NCBI RefSeq assembly: GCF_018977255.1
Contig: NW_024704742.1
Location: forward strand, 51,958,001 to 52,022,000
DNA: 64,000 nt
Reading direction: 5' to 3'
Source: Callorhinchus milii
Lineage: Eukaryota
Shown: piece by piece, positions 52,030 through 64,000 of the stretch
Layout: every line of letters starts with the position of its first letter
How positions within the stretch are numbered: position 1 is the stretch's first letter
Position numbers and translations under genes: made by a program
Notes under the pieces: model-generated
What the model saw: the letters and a program-made list of their open reading frames with translations, nothing else
Database searches by the model: none
Told to the model about the DNA's origin: nothing

Positions 52030-52200
52030 CTGTGTATGCTCTTAGAATATTTTTCCTTATTTAATACATGGAAATCAATAGCGTCGTAACCGTGTCATTG
52101 AGTCCCCTTCACCCGGATCTCACCAGTTAACAGAAGTGCTGGTCACATCTCAACCAACATAAAAACACACCGCATCGGAGAAGCCTTTTCATATATAATT
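52030..52200 (-). promoter_or_regulatory. Candidate promoter and non-coding exon 1 of LNX1 p80
   Basis: Consensus donor CAG|GTAAGT at 52030/52029 on the gene strand, a local CpG cluster (52080-52180) and a TATATATGAA element near 52189-52198, in non-repeat sequence about 6 kb upstream of the exon 2 acceptor. Confidence 0.4.
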
Positions 52201-55171
52201 ACAGACACTGTAAGGTTCATTGCTTTTGGTCCCACCCTATTTACCTCAGAAGGTTCTGGTTGCCTGCGGCAGTCATGAAATGACAATAGTACAAAGCCGA
52301 CCTCTTGTTAAAAGAGCACTGACTTAACTAAAAGCATTTGGCAAACCTTGCAATGAAAATCCTGTTTCCCCACTTGCACATGACATCTTCCCAATGAAAG
52401 AGATAAGTACTTCTTCTCTTTCCTGAGCACAGAATGGTTGTATCAAGCAAGCAGCTTTCTCATGACGACAGTGTACATGTATACAGTCTTCAAGCTAATT
52501 TCTGCCTGTAATGTTTGCATTGACTACTCTTCAGAAAGCTAGAAACTAAGACATATGGTAAAGTTATAAACTTAAATGGACATTTGACAAAGGGATTCAC
52601 TTCAGGTTTAATGTCAGAAAAAGAATCAGTGACAAAATTAGATGACGAGAAAGGATAGCCAACTGAATTTTTTTGTCCTGAGGGTGTCAAAAACAGAACA
52701 AAAGCCTGATGGAAAGGACAAAAATAGGAAAAGACAGATGAGCAAAGTACCAAAAAAGGACTGTGTGACCTGGGGAAATCCTGGGTGAACTGACAGTGCA
52801 TGACAGGAGGGTGAGGGGTCATAACTGTGGGGATAACAGAGGCTGGTGACAAGTAGGAAAATAAGGTCACAAAAGCATATGGCTGACCTCAGGGCAGAGG
52901 AGTGAATATAAAGATTGTTGGAGCCGGAAATTCAGCTGACAACACATTAGGAGTGGAATCTTAGAAATAAAGGAAAACTTTATAATGCAGTCATTGGATC
53001 AAATGTCTCAGCAGCCGCCAAAGAAGCAAGCTGTGAAAAAAATGACAGATTCCTGGGTCATCATGTCTCTGTTGCTGTCACTTCATAGCTGCACAAATGT
53101 GTAGTTTGTCCCTGAGGTGCCACTGACATTACTTCCTTCACAAAGTGATGTCAGTGACATTTTGCATAGAGAGTAGCAAGTGTTGTTAAAGGGGCTTTTG
53201 GCACAGTTTGCATGCACGCACACAGGAAGTTTCAAATATTTGTTTGTGGGACACTGCTGTGTGCAATTGGCTGCCACGTTTCACCCACAAAATATATAGT
53301 GCCTTTACTTTACCGTATATTCTGTGAAGCATTTTGAGACGTCTCAACGACGTGATAAGGCACGATATCAAATGCAAGGTTTATTATTACCAGCAATGCT
53401 TCCTGCTCATGGATTATAAACAACAACCTGATTATCTGGAAATTGAACATTTTAAGTGCGAGGACACTTGTACTGCACCTGAGACAATACTGATTGCCTA
53501 CTGTGCAGTGGTCTCTGGCCTGCTGCCTATCCTCAGAAGATGCTAGACCATCCTCATGACTGCTACTGAACCTCTGTAAATGATGGCCCCACTTAAATGG
53601 ATACCATTCTATCTGATCTGCTGTCATTTCTTGGGGATACACAGAGCCCTTTTTATTAGTTACTATGTGGTCTTCTACCACACTCTCAGATTAGCTGGAT
53701 GGTTGCTTTCTACTCTATTACACATGCAGCACGGCTCTAGTTTAGACAAATTTTAGTTTTGTGGTCTTTATTCATTACCTTTCTGGTGCTCTCTATACCA
53801 AAATATAGTCAATTCCCTTTACAGTATACTTGGTGAAGCATTTTGAGATATCTATCAAATGCAAGGATTATTATTATTAAATTGATAATTACCCTGATAA
53901 ATTCCCTGTCAGCAGTCTTGTAATGACTTTCAATTCCTTCAATTAATTAATCATCTTAAGTATCCTATGTCATGAATTAATTTGTGGACCTTTTTGCCAG
54001 AAATTAACTCCTTAAACTTGCTCTTTCACCAAGTTGGGTTGACCTCACTAAATCAATGAATTAATTTCTTCCTTGTTTTGACCTGGTCTCACTGACTTCC
54101 CTGGTCTTTACCAGTGTCACTCTAAAACAGCCATTAGATTTCCTCTACCTGCCCATACAGAGGGGCCTGAGATTGAGAACTAGACAACATGAAGGATGAA
54201 ACCTCTGACGATATGCATCACTGCAGCACAGCTGAGTAACACTGCTTTACCAGAGCTTCACTATTTGGTAAAAAAATCTGCATATTCATAACATTGAACT
54301 ATCTCAAAGCAATGACAGTAATAATGGTCAAATGATTGTTTTTGTAGACCAACCGAGCAAGCATTTATGCCAGCGAGATAATAATAAAAATAAATAATCC
54401 TTGCATTTGATACAGTGCCTTCCACATCAGGAAGATGTCTCAAAAGGCTTCATAGGATTTACTGTAAAGTAAATTTGCACACAGCAATACCCCACAGACA
54501 ACCATGAAGTGAATGGTCAATGTTTTATCTGGGAGATTGTTGCCAGGACAGCAGGAGAAAATCCCTGTTTTTAATAGTGCCATCGGATCTTTAACATGCA
54601 TCTGAAGGGCAGACAGCACCTGGTTTAATGACTCATCTGAAGGACAGCACCTTCAAAAAAAATAATTTGGTCACTCAATCCATGACTGTTTGTGGGACAC
54701 TGCTGTGAGCAATTGGCTGTCGTGTTTTGTCCACAAAATATACAGTCAATTCACTTTACAGTATATTCTGTGAAGCGCTTTGAGACGTCTCTAAGATGTG
54801 ATGAGGCGCTATATCAAATCTAAGGATTATTATTATTATTATTGTTATAACAATGCAGCTCCCCCAGCATTGTATTTGAGTGTCAGCATGAACAGTAAGT
54901 TCCAGGACCCGAGGTGAGGCTTGTTTCCACACCCTTCTGACTCAGCCCTCGGAGTGTTACCAAGCCAGCGAGGTTGACACCTCTCAATGTTTTATTAGAT
55001 AAAGAGAATACTTACAAGGTAAATAAAGGGAACATTGCTGTAAAGGTATAAATTATATCCCTACAACATTAGGGCGGAGGTGTTGAACAGAATAAACTAA
55101 GTACAGGAGGCGAGAAAAGGTTGGAGAGTGAGTCATTGAATCAATGTTGAACACTTTCCAGAAGACCTTTA

Positions 55172-55430
55172 CAGTCCAGCCCAAAATTTCCACTTAATCT
55201 TTGCCTGTAACATAATTTTGTCTTGAAATGTAACATTATGCATAGGTTGTGGTTGTGTAAAAATTCTTAAATTTAGTCTTTAATTGGAAGCCCAATTTTT
55301 TCCTGTTCTTAAAAAAACGGCTTTCAGGTCAAGACTAAATTTAAGAAGTTTCCTCATATCTGCATAACCTTAAATTTTACGACAAAGTAGTTTTACAGGT
55401 TAAAACCAAGTAACATTTTGGGCTTCAGTA
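55172..55430. repeat. Long imperfect palindrome (MITE or fold-back-like)
   Basis: ttcttaaatttagtctt (about 55264-55280) pairs perfectly with aagactaaatttaagaa (55331-55347); the arms extend imperfectly to gcccaaaat / attttgggc. Confidence 0.75.
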
Positions 55431-55664
55431 TTGGATGAAGTCTTTCATTATTTGGCCATCTACCCCGTTAGATGGGAATGTGGCACAGAATGGTGAGGCG
55501 CAAAATAAATGTAATTTTTGTTGTTGTTGTTGTGCGACACCAGAGTAAAATCAATTGTTAAACTGAAAGGACATTTCAAAACACAAAACCATATCTTGGG
55601 TACCAAGGCTCCATTCCTTTTCATCAAAATTAAACAAAACAATTTTAAAAGTTTGGTTAGAGAT

Positions 55665-56015
55665 ACAACAACAAAAAACTTGCACTTATATAGCGCCTTC
55701 CACGCAGGGTAGTGTCTCAGAGCGCTTAACAGTGGCAGAACCTGACTCCGAGCCGGGGGCAAGGGGGAGGTGGCCGTTAGCACGGTTGAAGAGGAAAGTT
55801 TTCAGGCAGAACTTGAAAGAGGGGAGAAAGGGGGCAAGGCAGAGGGATTGAGGGAGAGTGTTCCATAGTTTTGGGGAATAGTGGCTGAAATCACGACCCA
55901 CAATGGTGGGGCAGAGGGTGCGAGGGACGAGCAGGAGACTTGTACCAGTCGAGCGGAGGGCGCTGGGTGGTGGATTGGAGAGTGAGGAGGTCGGAGAGAT
56001 AGGGAGTTGCCAGGA
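55665..56015 (-). mobile_element. L2 3' fragment (second subfamily)
   Basis: GRDFSHYSPKLWNTLPQSLCLAPFLPSFKFCLKTFLF and a (TTG)n tail. Confidence 0.8.
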
Positions 56016-59000
56016 TTTGAGATAAAAAATTAACTGGTTGAGATACAGAATAATACTTTTTTAAACATTATTTAAAGTGCAGATGATATGTAGAGTAAAC
56101 AGTAAATGTTTGGAATATATCATAACTGTATGCTTACTTTACAACCCTGCATGAAGGGTGTGATATAAATGCAAGTTATTGTGGTTTCACTTGTAACAAT
56201 ATTGTATTCCATGTTGCAAATAAATCTGGAACAATATTCCATGTTGTATGTAAATCTGGAAATAAATCCACTAATTAAATTTGGTAAATAAAGGCAAATA
56301 AAGAATCTAGGTAATAAAGAGAACATTGTTACTAAAAATATAAATTATACCCGTGTAGCATTAGGACACACGTGCTACTAAATTTACCCCATTAATATTT
56401 GATACTAATAACACTAATGCCACTAATAAGTGGTGTACTAATAATCCACTAATATGTACTCAGCTCCTTTGTCTCTGCTAGAGACTCAGCTATGCCTCTA
56501 CTAGACTGTTTATGCATAATGTTTCTAGCTAATTCAACATTGAAAACGGTATTCAGCATTATTACATCCATAGAATTACATAGAATCTACAGTAATGAAA
56601 CAGACCGTTCACTTGTTGTGCCAGTGTTCATGCTTCAAATAAACATCCATCTATCCGAATTCCTCCCTTTCTAGGCTCAACTCATCCCCCTCTATTTTGT
56701 TCTCTCTCATATATTTAGGGAATATGTGACACATTTACGTTGTGTTGTTGTTGTAGGAAAATAGAAACAAGAAAACTCCTCACCTCCTCACTTCGCAATC
56801 CACCACTCAGCACCTCGACATCTATAAGCTGTATACCACAATGAATCAAGTATCCCAATTTTATATTAAAACTTCTAAGAGCTACTAAATAGTAAAGGAA
56901 CCATAATTGAGTTCAACACTAGGCCATACAAGCCATAAAGCTGCAAGTTTGACTCCTAGTCTGTACTGTGCAATAATTGGCCTCAATCCTCGCAGAATGT
57001 GTACAGGTTTGGATGTTGGGTGAGGATGGGATCAGGTTTGGCTGTGAACGCTCCCTGCCTTCCACCGTCACTGTCAAGACTCACCATGAATAAATTTTTT
57101 TTTATAAAAAAAAGAGGGACAGACAGATACTTCGATCATATAAGTATAAAGGGAAATGGTGAAAGAGCAGGACACTGGGATTAAACAAATTTGACAACAT
57201 CTAAAAAGAACTGGTGGAACACTATTCATGGCTTTCTCTTGTTCCTGTTTTCCTATAACAATAACAACTTGCACTTTTATAGCGCCATCCACGCAGGGTA
57301 GCATTTCAGCATGCTTAACAGTGGCAGAGCCTGACTTTCTTATGTTCCTATGTACCTATGACCAGAAACACTGTCACTTTCTCTAGTTATTTATTGTTAA
57401 AATGTGCTTTCCCTGGGAATAGAGAGGCCTGGGAGATCAATTAGGGAGTGTGTTTAAAGTATTTTTTAAAAATAAAATAAAGATTAATTTGGTCACTCAA
57501 ATCCATGACTGTTGTGGGACACCTGCTGTGCGCAATTGACTGCTGTGTTTCACCCACAAATATACAGCCAATTCATTTTACAGTATGTTCTGTGAAACAC
57601 TTTGAGACATCTCAAAGACATAATAAGGCACTATATCAAATGCAAGAATTATTATTAATATTACCTAATGGCCACTGGAGGCTAATGCCCAAGAAGGTGC
57701 ATCAGACTGAAAGCCAGGGAATATGTCATACATTTATATGGTAGCACAACTAGAGTAAACCAAACAATGTACATATGCTGAATAATTCAAACATCTGGGC
57801 ATATCCTGAACTAATTTAATGGTCACAATTGAACATTTAATCAGTAATAGATAACCACATCCTGTACAGCAATTCATGTCGAGAGAATGTTCAATGCACT
57901 TCACACATTACAAATATTCACAATACAGACCAATAACAATAACTTTCATTTACACAGTGCCCCTCACGCACAGTATGATCCCAGAGCTTCTATGGCCCTC
58001 TTTTGTCTCCTACAAACTTAAAGAGGCACTGCCTTCCTGTAAAGTGTTTTGCAAACTCTGAGTAATTAAAGTCAAAACCGCAGAAAAAACAATGCAGATT
58101 GAGGCTATGAAATTATTGCTTGTTTATAATTTGTGATAGGAACATGGCTGTTAGATCACTTGAAGAGAAAGGATTCTGCTGCTTAAACTGCAATTTACTA
58201 TAGCTTTTAGCTTTCCCCTCAGATCTACTCATTCTTCCCAAGATCAAAGATACCAATTGTTGTAGTGCCATAGAATTCCTCAGTGCCTGTACAGACTTGC
58301 ACGAATGTGCTCTGGAGTACATTAAATGATTCAAAGAACTCTGATTAACGTACATATATGCATTCATACAAAGGATGAATAAGATCAACTCTATCTTATT
58401 TCCTGCAAACTTCTATCTAATTCCTCCTCTCTCATCTTGCTGATTAATGAATGTACAGTCAATCTAACTACAACTAACCAGTGCACAGGTTAATCCTGGC
58501 TTGTCCCATGTCCACTTCACTGCACTTCTATAATTGCAAACATATTTTTAATATTTCTTAACTAGGCAATGCCTGAGGCCAAAGAATCCAACTCTCTATG
58601 ACTGAAATGTGATCTAGAGTATTACATTTTATGAAGACAATGGGGTTTAAAATGTGGCATTGGCAAAACCAAGTGGCTGCATTAAAGCTTATGGTTTACC
58701 ACCAAAATTGCAGAATTTGCTAACAAATTTTCAAAATGAAAATCCGCAATCCTAAACACAAATAAATGCCATCTTTCAACCTTTTGTTAAGACTTAGGGG
58801 TCTCTTTATCTTAGCTAAGAAATCACCTGAAAGCAAAAGGCTGGTCATGCTTGCAATTTGGAATTTTTATATGTGCTGTAATTTCCATCTGGTTTGCGAT
58901 TGCTGAATTGTAAACCTCAATAATTATTAACACCTGTACTCTAATGAAGGATATACCCAGGGAAAAGTTAATATTCTGGAAGGATGAATTTCTATAGGTC

Positions 59001-60318
59001 AACTGGGCTGTTGTTACAAACTGAAAGATCTTTCAGAACTGCATTCATACTAAAGCATGCATACTATTAACATAAACAGATATTCATCTGCTATGAAAGA
59101 GAAACGTGCTTTTCTCACACTCCTCCTTTTGGCACAGTGTCTTTCAGAATCTAACAAATAATCCTGTATATTTCTTCTGCTAAGTTTCCAGTCTATTTCA
59201 TATTGTGAGTTGACAGAGGCCAGTACATTTACAGGAAAAGCAAAATACTATAAACTAAGAAAGCTTATTTAAGTCTTTAATAAATCTTTAAAAAAAAAGT
59301 CCCAAAGCTATTTTAAAATGTAGAATTCTTGAAGATGACAAATATAATTTATGATTGGCCTGGTTCTATGGTGTTTTGCAGAGCTGAAGCTCATGACCTT
59401 AGGCGGCATTTGCTTTTATTTCAAAAGCTACCAGTTGACTCCAGAATATGAGAATTTGTATTTAAAACATCCTTGGTCTCAGCAAAGTAGTGGAGTTTGA
59501 AAGCCTGTTGTACATTAAAATCTTCTTGATCTGAGAAAGATACCATAAAGCATTGTATTTGAATCTCCTTCTTGTCCACTTCCTGATAGCTGCTTGGTCT
59601 AAATTAGGTTTAACAGAAACAGGTGCGTAGTGTCATGTTGAAAACTGCACTGTGCTCAGAGCCCATGTACGTGCCAACACATTGTGAACTAGGAGATAAT
59701 TGCGCATAACGAGAATGATCAGCAATAAAGCAGGGCCTTGCATTAACCTGCTGTAGTACAGCAACTCCAAGTCCCTCACATATGTGACAGCTTAATCCAC
59801 CCTGCTCATTTTGTGACCATCAATAAGAATGCTACAATAAGCATCTAAAATTAGAAACACCAAAGGCAAACTACAAATGCTAACAAGCTCCCCCCCCCCC
59901 ACCCCCACCTCCCTATACAACATCTTTCCTGCTCAGGCAAAATTCTTGGTGTGCAGCACGATAGAAAGGTACACAACCGTTGATTACAATTTGACGCAGA
60001 TAGATTCAAAATTGGTTATTCATTTCATGGCTGTTTGTGGGACATTGCTGGGGGTCAAAGTGGTTGCCACATTCGCTTACAAAATACATAACCACTACAC
60101 TTTACAGCAAATCCTGTGAAGTGCTTTGAGGTGCCCTACCAATGTGAAAAGCGCTGTATCAAATATAAAGATTATTACAATTATTAAGATCTTTAATGTT
60201 TGAATCTGCAAATGTCACGTGGCCCACAGCATACACCAAGATGAAGAGAGTAAGTAAATTTGCTAAATTGTACTTAGTAAGAGGGAAAAAAAAGTAACTT
60301 ACAGGGAAAGGAATACTA

Positions 60319-60630
60319 TAATAATAATCCTTGCATTTGATATAGCGCTTTTCACGTTGGGAGGACTTCCCAAAGCGCTTCACAGAACACACTGTAAAGT
60401 GAACTGACTGTATATTTGTGGGCAAACACGGCAGCCAATTGCGCACAGCAATGTCCCACAAACAGTCGTAGATTGAAAATGACCAATTTATTATTGTTTT
60501 TCTTGAGGGATTATTATTAGGCGTGTGGAGTAAGGAAACTTGCCCAAGGTTTCGCCCTGACCTGCCTGGAATTGAACTCAGGTCTCTCGCTTGCAAAGCG
60601 AGTGCTCTAACCACTGAGCTACAGGACTCC
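60319..60630 (-). mobile_element. tRNA-derived SINE with short CORE-like segment and L2-type tail
   Basis: Head ggagtcctgtagctcagtggttagagcactcgctttgcaagcgagagacctgagttcaattcc, then accttgggcaagtt (as in the MIR CORE), then the common tail ending (ATT)n. Confidence 0.8.
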
Positions 60631-62829
60631 AAAGGCATGGATTCTACCACCTTTCCAGTGTTTGTTAAGCCCTCAGTATAAATACAATGGTTATTAAAGA
60701 TGTCCGTTGGACAGCTTATGTTCTTTATTGATGTAAAACATCTCAAGTTGCTCCCCAAAGGAAACATAATACCCTCTTTTCCTTGACACTATGTACGCAT
60801 TTAGCACTGAAGAGCCTTTATATATTCAGCAAGGCATGGACATTGCTCATTCATGTTCAGATTGTGCTCATCTCAGTTAATCCCTATTGTTTAGCCAGTT
60901 CATTCCTCAAGTATATTTCCTCTTGCAGTTACCACTCTCTTACTGCGTGTGTCAATTCTTTCCCTACTTTTTCAATTGCCTGTTATTTTGAATAATTTCC
61001 CCACTTCATCTTGCTATGGTTACATTTACTGAATGGTACTTTTTCACCTGCGCCGGGTTCGATGGTATAATTCAAGCTTTACTGAAACTAGCCTATAACT
61101 ATAATTGTAATGTAATACAACTATTAAATCTTGTTGAGGAAGAAGCCAGACTTTTTTTAAATGAGAAAGTATTTATATGGGACAAGATTGAGCTTGGGTC
61201 ACAGTGTAACCAATCTTTTAAGTGCCTGCACCACCTTTCAGCTCTCAAACAGTGATACAAGTGACACAAACTGGAGCATGTATGTAGCAAGACAAGAGAG
61301 CAAAGGGATGTCTATCATTCAGCAAGGTTACAATGTATTTACAGCATAGAGTTTCTGGACTCAGGAGCCTTTACTATAAACTTCCACCACAATAAATTAT
61401 ATTGTGCATTTTACTTGCTTGAGAACCAGCTGCATGGGACAAAGAGGCTGAGGGGCGCCCCAAGCTTCCCATAATAAATACTGTGTCCGTGTTGAGGAAA
61501 ATAGATTAACACAAATGAAATGGCTTCAATATGTTTTGCACTGGGCCCCAGGACAGCACTGGAAACACTTGTCAATTTGGAACAAATCTAAATTTACAGC
61601 TACAGCATAAACAGGAAATAAGAAAAAGAGAGAAGTGGACAGGATCCTCATTCCCCTTTGTGGCAATGCCACTGACCCACCTTAAAATGTGGTTTACCTG
61701 CAATCAAAGTGAAACGCCATACAAAAGGCAGCTCAGCCCACCTGTGTAGGCTATCATTGTAACTCCTGTTTCCCTATTGAGCACAGAGCCTCCGCTGACA
61801 TCAAGGAAGTGCACTGCCAGAAATGAAATCCCAATTTTCATCTTGAAACAACTGGGCAATGTTTCACACACACAGCTGCTTGCTTGCTGCATGTACTGGG
61901 TAATCTCCCCCCGTGCTTATGGAGCAGATTTCATAGCACTGGCACCTTGGGGACAGAATATAAAACATGCCAAGAGAAGAAACAAAGAAGAAAACACTCA
62001 GCGCTGAGTTCTTGCAGGTTGTAGTGATGTACATGGGTTCCCTGGAGCAGATACACTTTACATCCCAAGGCACCATTTATGCTGTGGTTTTCCTGAACAG
62101 GACTTTTTTCCAAGCCATATGAAATTAATCTTTCTTTTTCCTGGATATTGTGTCCAAGAAACTGTGTAGAATCATTTGTCCCTGATTTTATTTGCCTCTT
62201 ATTTTGCTCTAAAAATACTAATTTTGTACAACTTGAATCTGAAACTGAAAGCTTGCAGGTTTTCCTGAACCTTGAAAGACATCATCAATCTACATAATGA
62301 GATTTACAAGTCTTGCTGTAATGCTAAAACAGGATGTTAAAAGTTCTTAAATGCATACGGCTGGGGGAAATGACTGAGGCAGTTTGAAGTGTTTTTTTCA
62401 ATATATACACCTGGGCTTCAAACATCACTGTGTTTCAAAATTGTCCATGGAGCACTCCACTAAACACTATATATCCTATCCCTTTGCCACCTGAAATCAT
62501 GTTGCTTTTGTATCTTGATGCACAGTCACACTTATTAGAAGTCAGTTGTGATACAAACAATATACTTTGAAATATAGTAATAATCCTTGCATTTGATATC
62601 TTGGGACTAATACCCAAGTTTAACCAGCCTGTCCTCATACCTAAACTCCTGCGTCTCAGGAATCTTTCTGGTGAATCATCCAATGCCAGTTTCTGAAGTG
62701 GTGTGCCCACGCTGAACAGCCCATTCATTAACCCTACCTTCACCGATCAAGGGAAAGCCACCTTAAAATGGATTACACTAACCAACTCAATCTTACATTG
62801 TTTCCAGTAATCCCATAAAAACATTGCTG

Positions 62830-63055
62830 TTTAAAAGCGGGAAGAGTATGTGTGGAAGTCGCTGTCTGAAGTGGTAGTTGAATCAGTGCAGATGCATTCA
62901 AGAGGAAGCTAGACCTTCATATGAGGGAGATGGGAATAGAATGGTATGGGAGGAAGTAAGGAAAGGATAAACACTTGTGTGCAGTATAAACACCAGAACG
63001 AATTGGTTGGGTCGAGCAGCCTGTTTCCATGCTATGCATTCTTTGTAATCTTTCT
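62830..63055 (+). mobile_element. Degenerate CR1-like LINE 3' fragment
   Basis: gcattcaagaggaagctagac (AFKRKLD) followed by ttgggtcgagcagcctgtttccatgct...ctttgtaatc, a CR1-type terminus. Confidence 0.6.
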
Positions 63056-63399
63056 TTGTTATGTCTAGCCCAGAGGTGAAGATTGGAATGCAGAATTGCA
63101 CTGTGACACAATATAGTTGAACTGATCTGGTCAAAGCAATGGTGCTCTCCAGCATCCATCCTTTAATTACTGTATTCTATCAACATGGATTGCAAGTCAC
63201 TACCCCAGTAATGCATTCCTAAGGAGAATGATCTTACCTAACAGGTGCCACACAAACATTTTAGATGCAAAATTATCCACAACCAAAAATTAAAACCCAA
63301 GTCTATTGCATTCCAACTAAAATCACAATCTTTACATTTATTTTTTTTAAAAATCGCTAGATCATATTACACTAGCAACTACTTTTATGTCATTTTATT

Positions 63400-63826
63400 A
63401 CAAGAATATAACCCTTGCATTTGTCATAGTGCCGTACCACATTGTCGTGATGTCTCAAAGCTTTTCACAGAATATACTGTAAAGTGGTGTGACTGTGCTT
63501 ATTTTGTGGGCAGATGTGGCAGCCAAAATGCACACAGTGATGTTCCACAAATGACCATGGAGAGAATGACCAATTTTATTTGAATTTTTGTGGGACAGAA
63601 CACTTTGAATAGTGCCATGAGATCTTCAGCATCCACCTGGACAGGCACACTGGACCTCGGTTTAACATCTCATCTGAAGGACAGCATCTCTGACAATGCA
63701 GCACACGCCCAGCATTACATTGGAGTGACATCATTGTCTATGTGGTTCTGAGTCCCGATGTGGGGTTTGGACCCACAACCTTCTGACTCAGAGACAAGTG
63801 TGCTACCAACTGAGCCAGGCTGACAC
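63400..63826 (-). mobile_element. Full-length tRNA-derived SINE with Deu-like central domain and L2-type tail
   Basis: Head gtgtcagcctggctcagttggtagcac...gggtccaaacc (A/B boxes); core gtgctgcattgtcagagatgctgtccttcagatgagatgttaaaccgagg resembles the DeuSINE domain (recalled). Confidence 0.8.
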
Positions 63827-64000
63827 ATTTATAAAGGGATTTGACAGGCTGAATTTGACAAGAAGCAAGCAACTGCTTCCTCTGGCAAGAGAATTGAGGA
63901 CTAGAAGTCATAATCTTAAATTTGAGGTTTTAAATTATACGACTTACATTCTCATACTTTTTTGAATAAAATATTAAAACTAACAAATGAACATTTGTCC

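Noticed and set aside
60555..60630. Possible tRNA gene (TGC anticodon-like loop, A and B boxes)
   Set aside because: The acceptor stem is not properly paired, and the sequence runs directly into a SINE body and tail present in several copies, so it is a SINE head.
60159..60767. 202-aa ORF
   Set aside because: It runs through a SINE; similar peptides ([15 protein letters not shown]) appear wherever the SINE tail occurs.
555..63600. Many near-identical short repeats as a possible CRISPR-like array
   Set aside because: They are dispersed at irregular kb-scale spacing in both orientations, are 5'-truncated SINE tails, and there are no cas genes; the context is a eukaryotic intron.

Overview
Vertebrate genomic DNA, AT-rich and repeat-dense. 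The L2/CR1 LINEs and Deu- and CORE-like tRNA SINEs suggest a cartilaginous fish (inference). The window holds almost all of one gene on the minus strand: LNX1 (Ligand of Numb protein X 1, Zn-RING-Zn E3 ligase with four PDZ domains). Nine coding exons of the RING-containing p80-type isoform were traced by hand: 45667-45276, 24029-23761, 23330-23184, 22252-22050, 21150-20791, 16925-16782, 13816-13639, 12257-12026 and 1797-1639. All have GT-AG junctions and compatible phases, giving 2084 nt (694 codons + 2 nt); the last exon lies beyond position 1. A 92-nt alternative first coding exon missed by the ORF track (42106-42015, MKALLLLALPWLSPANYSDSVGNLHFLYSDL) matches the N-terminus of the mammalian RING-less LNX1 p70 isoform and splices in frame to exon 3. 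The Numb-binding motif is NPAF (LNX2-type), not mammalian LNX1 NPAY. Introns contain many 5'-truncated L2 and CR1 copies, at least three SINE families, an unclassified poly(A)-ended retroposon, two fold-back palindromes, nested insertions and a 38-bp templated insertion. I see no prokaryotic-type system (CRISPR, operon) and no convincing wholly new gene. Exon numbering follows human LNX1 from memory; repeat boundaries are approximate.
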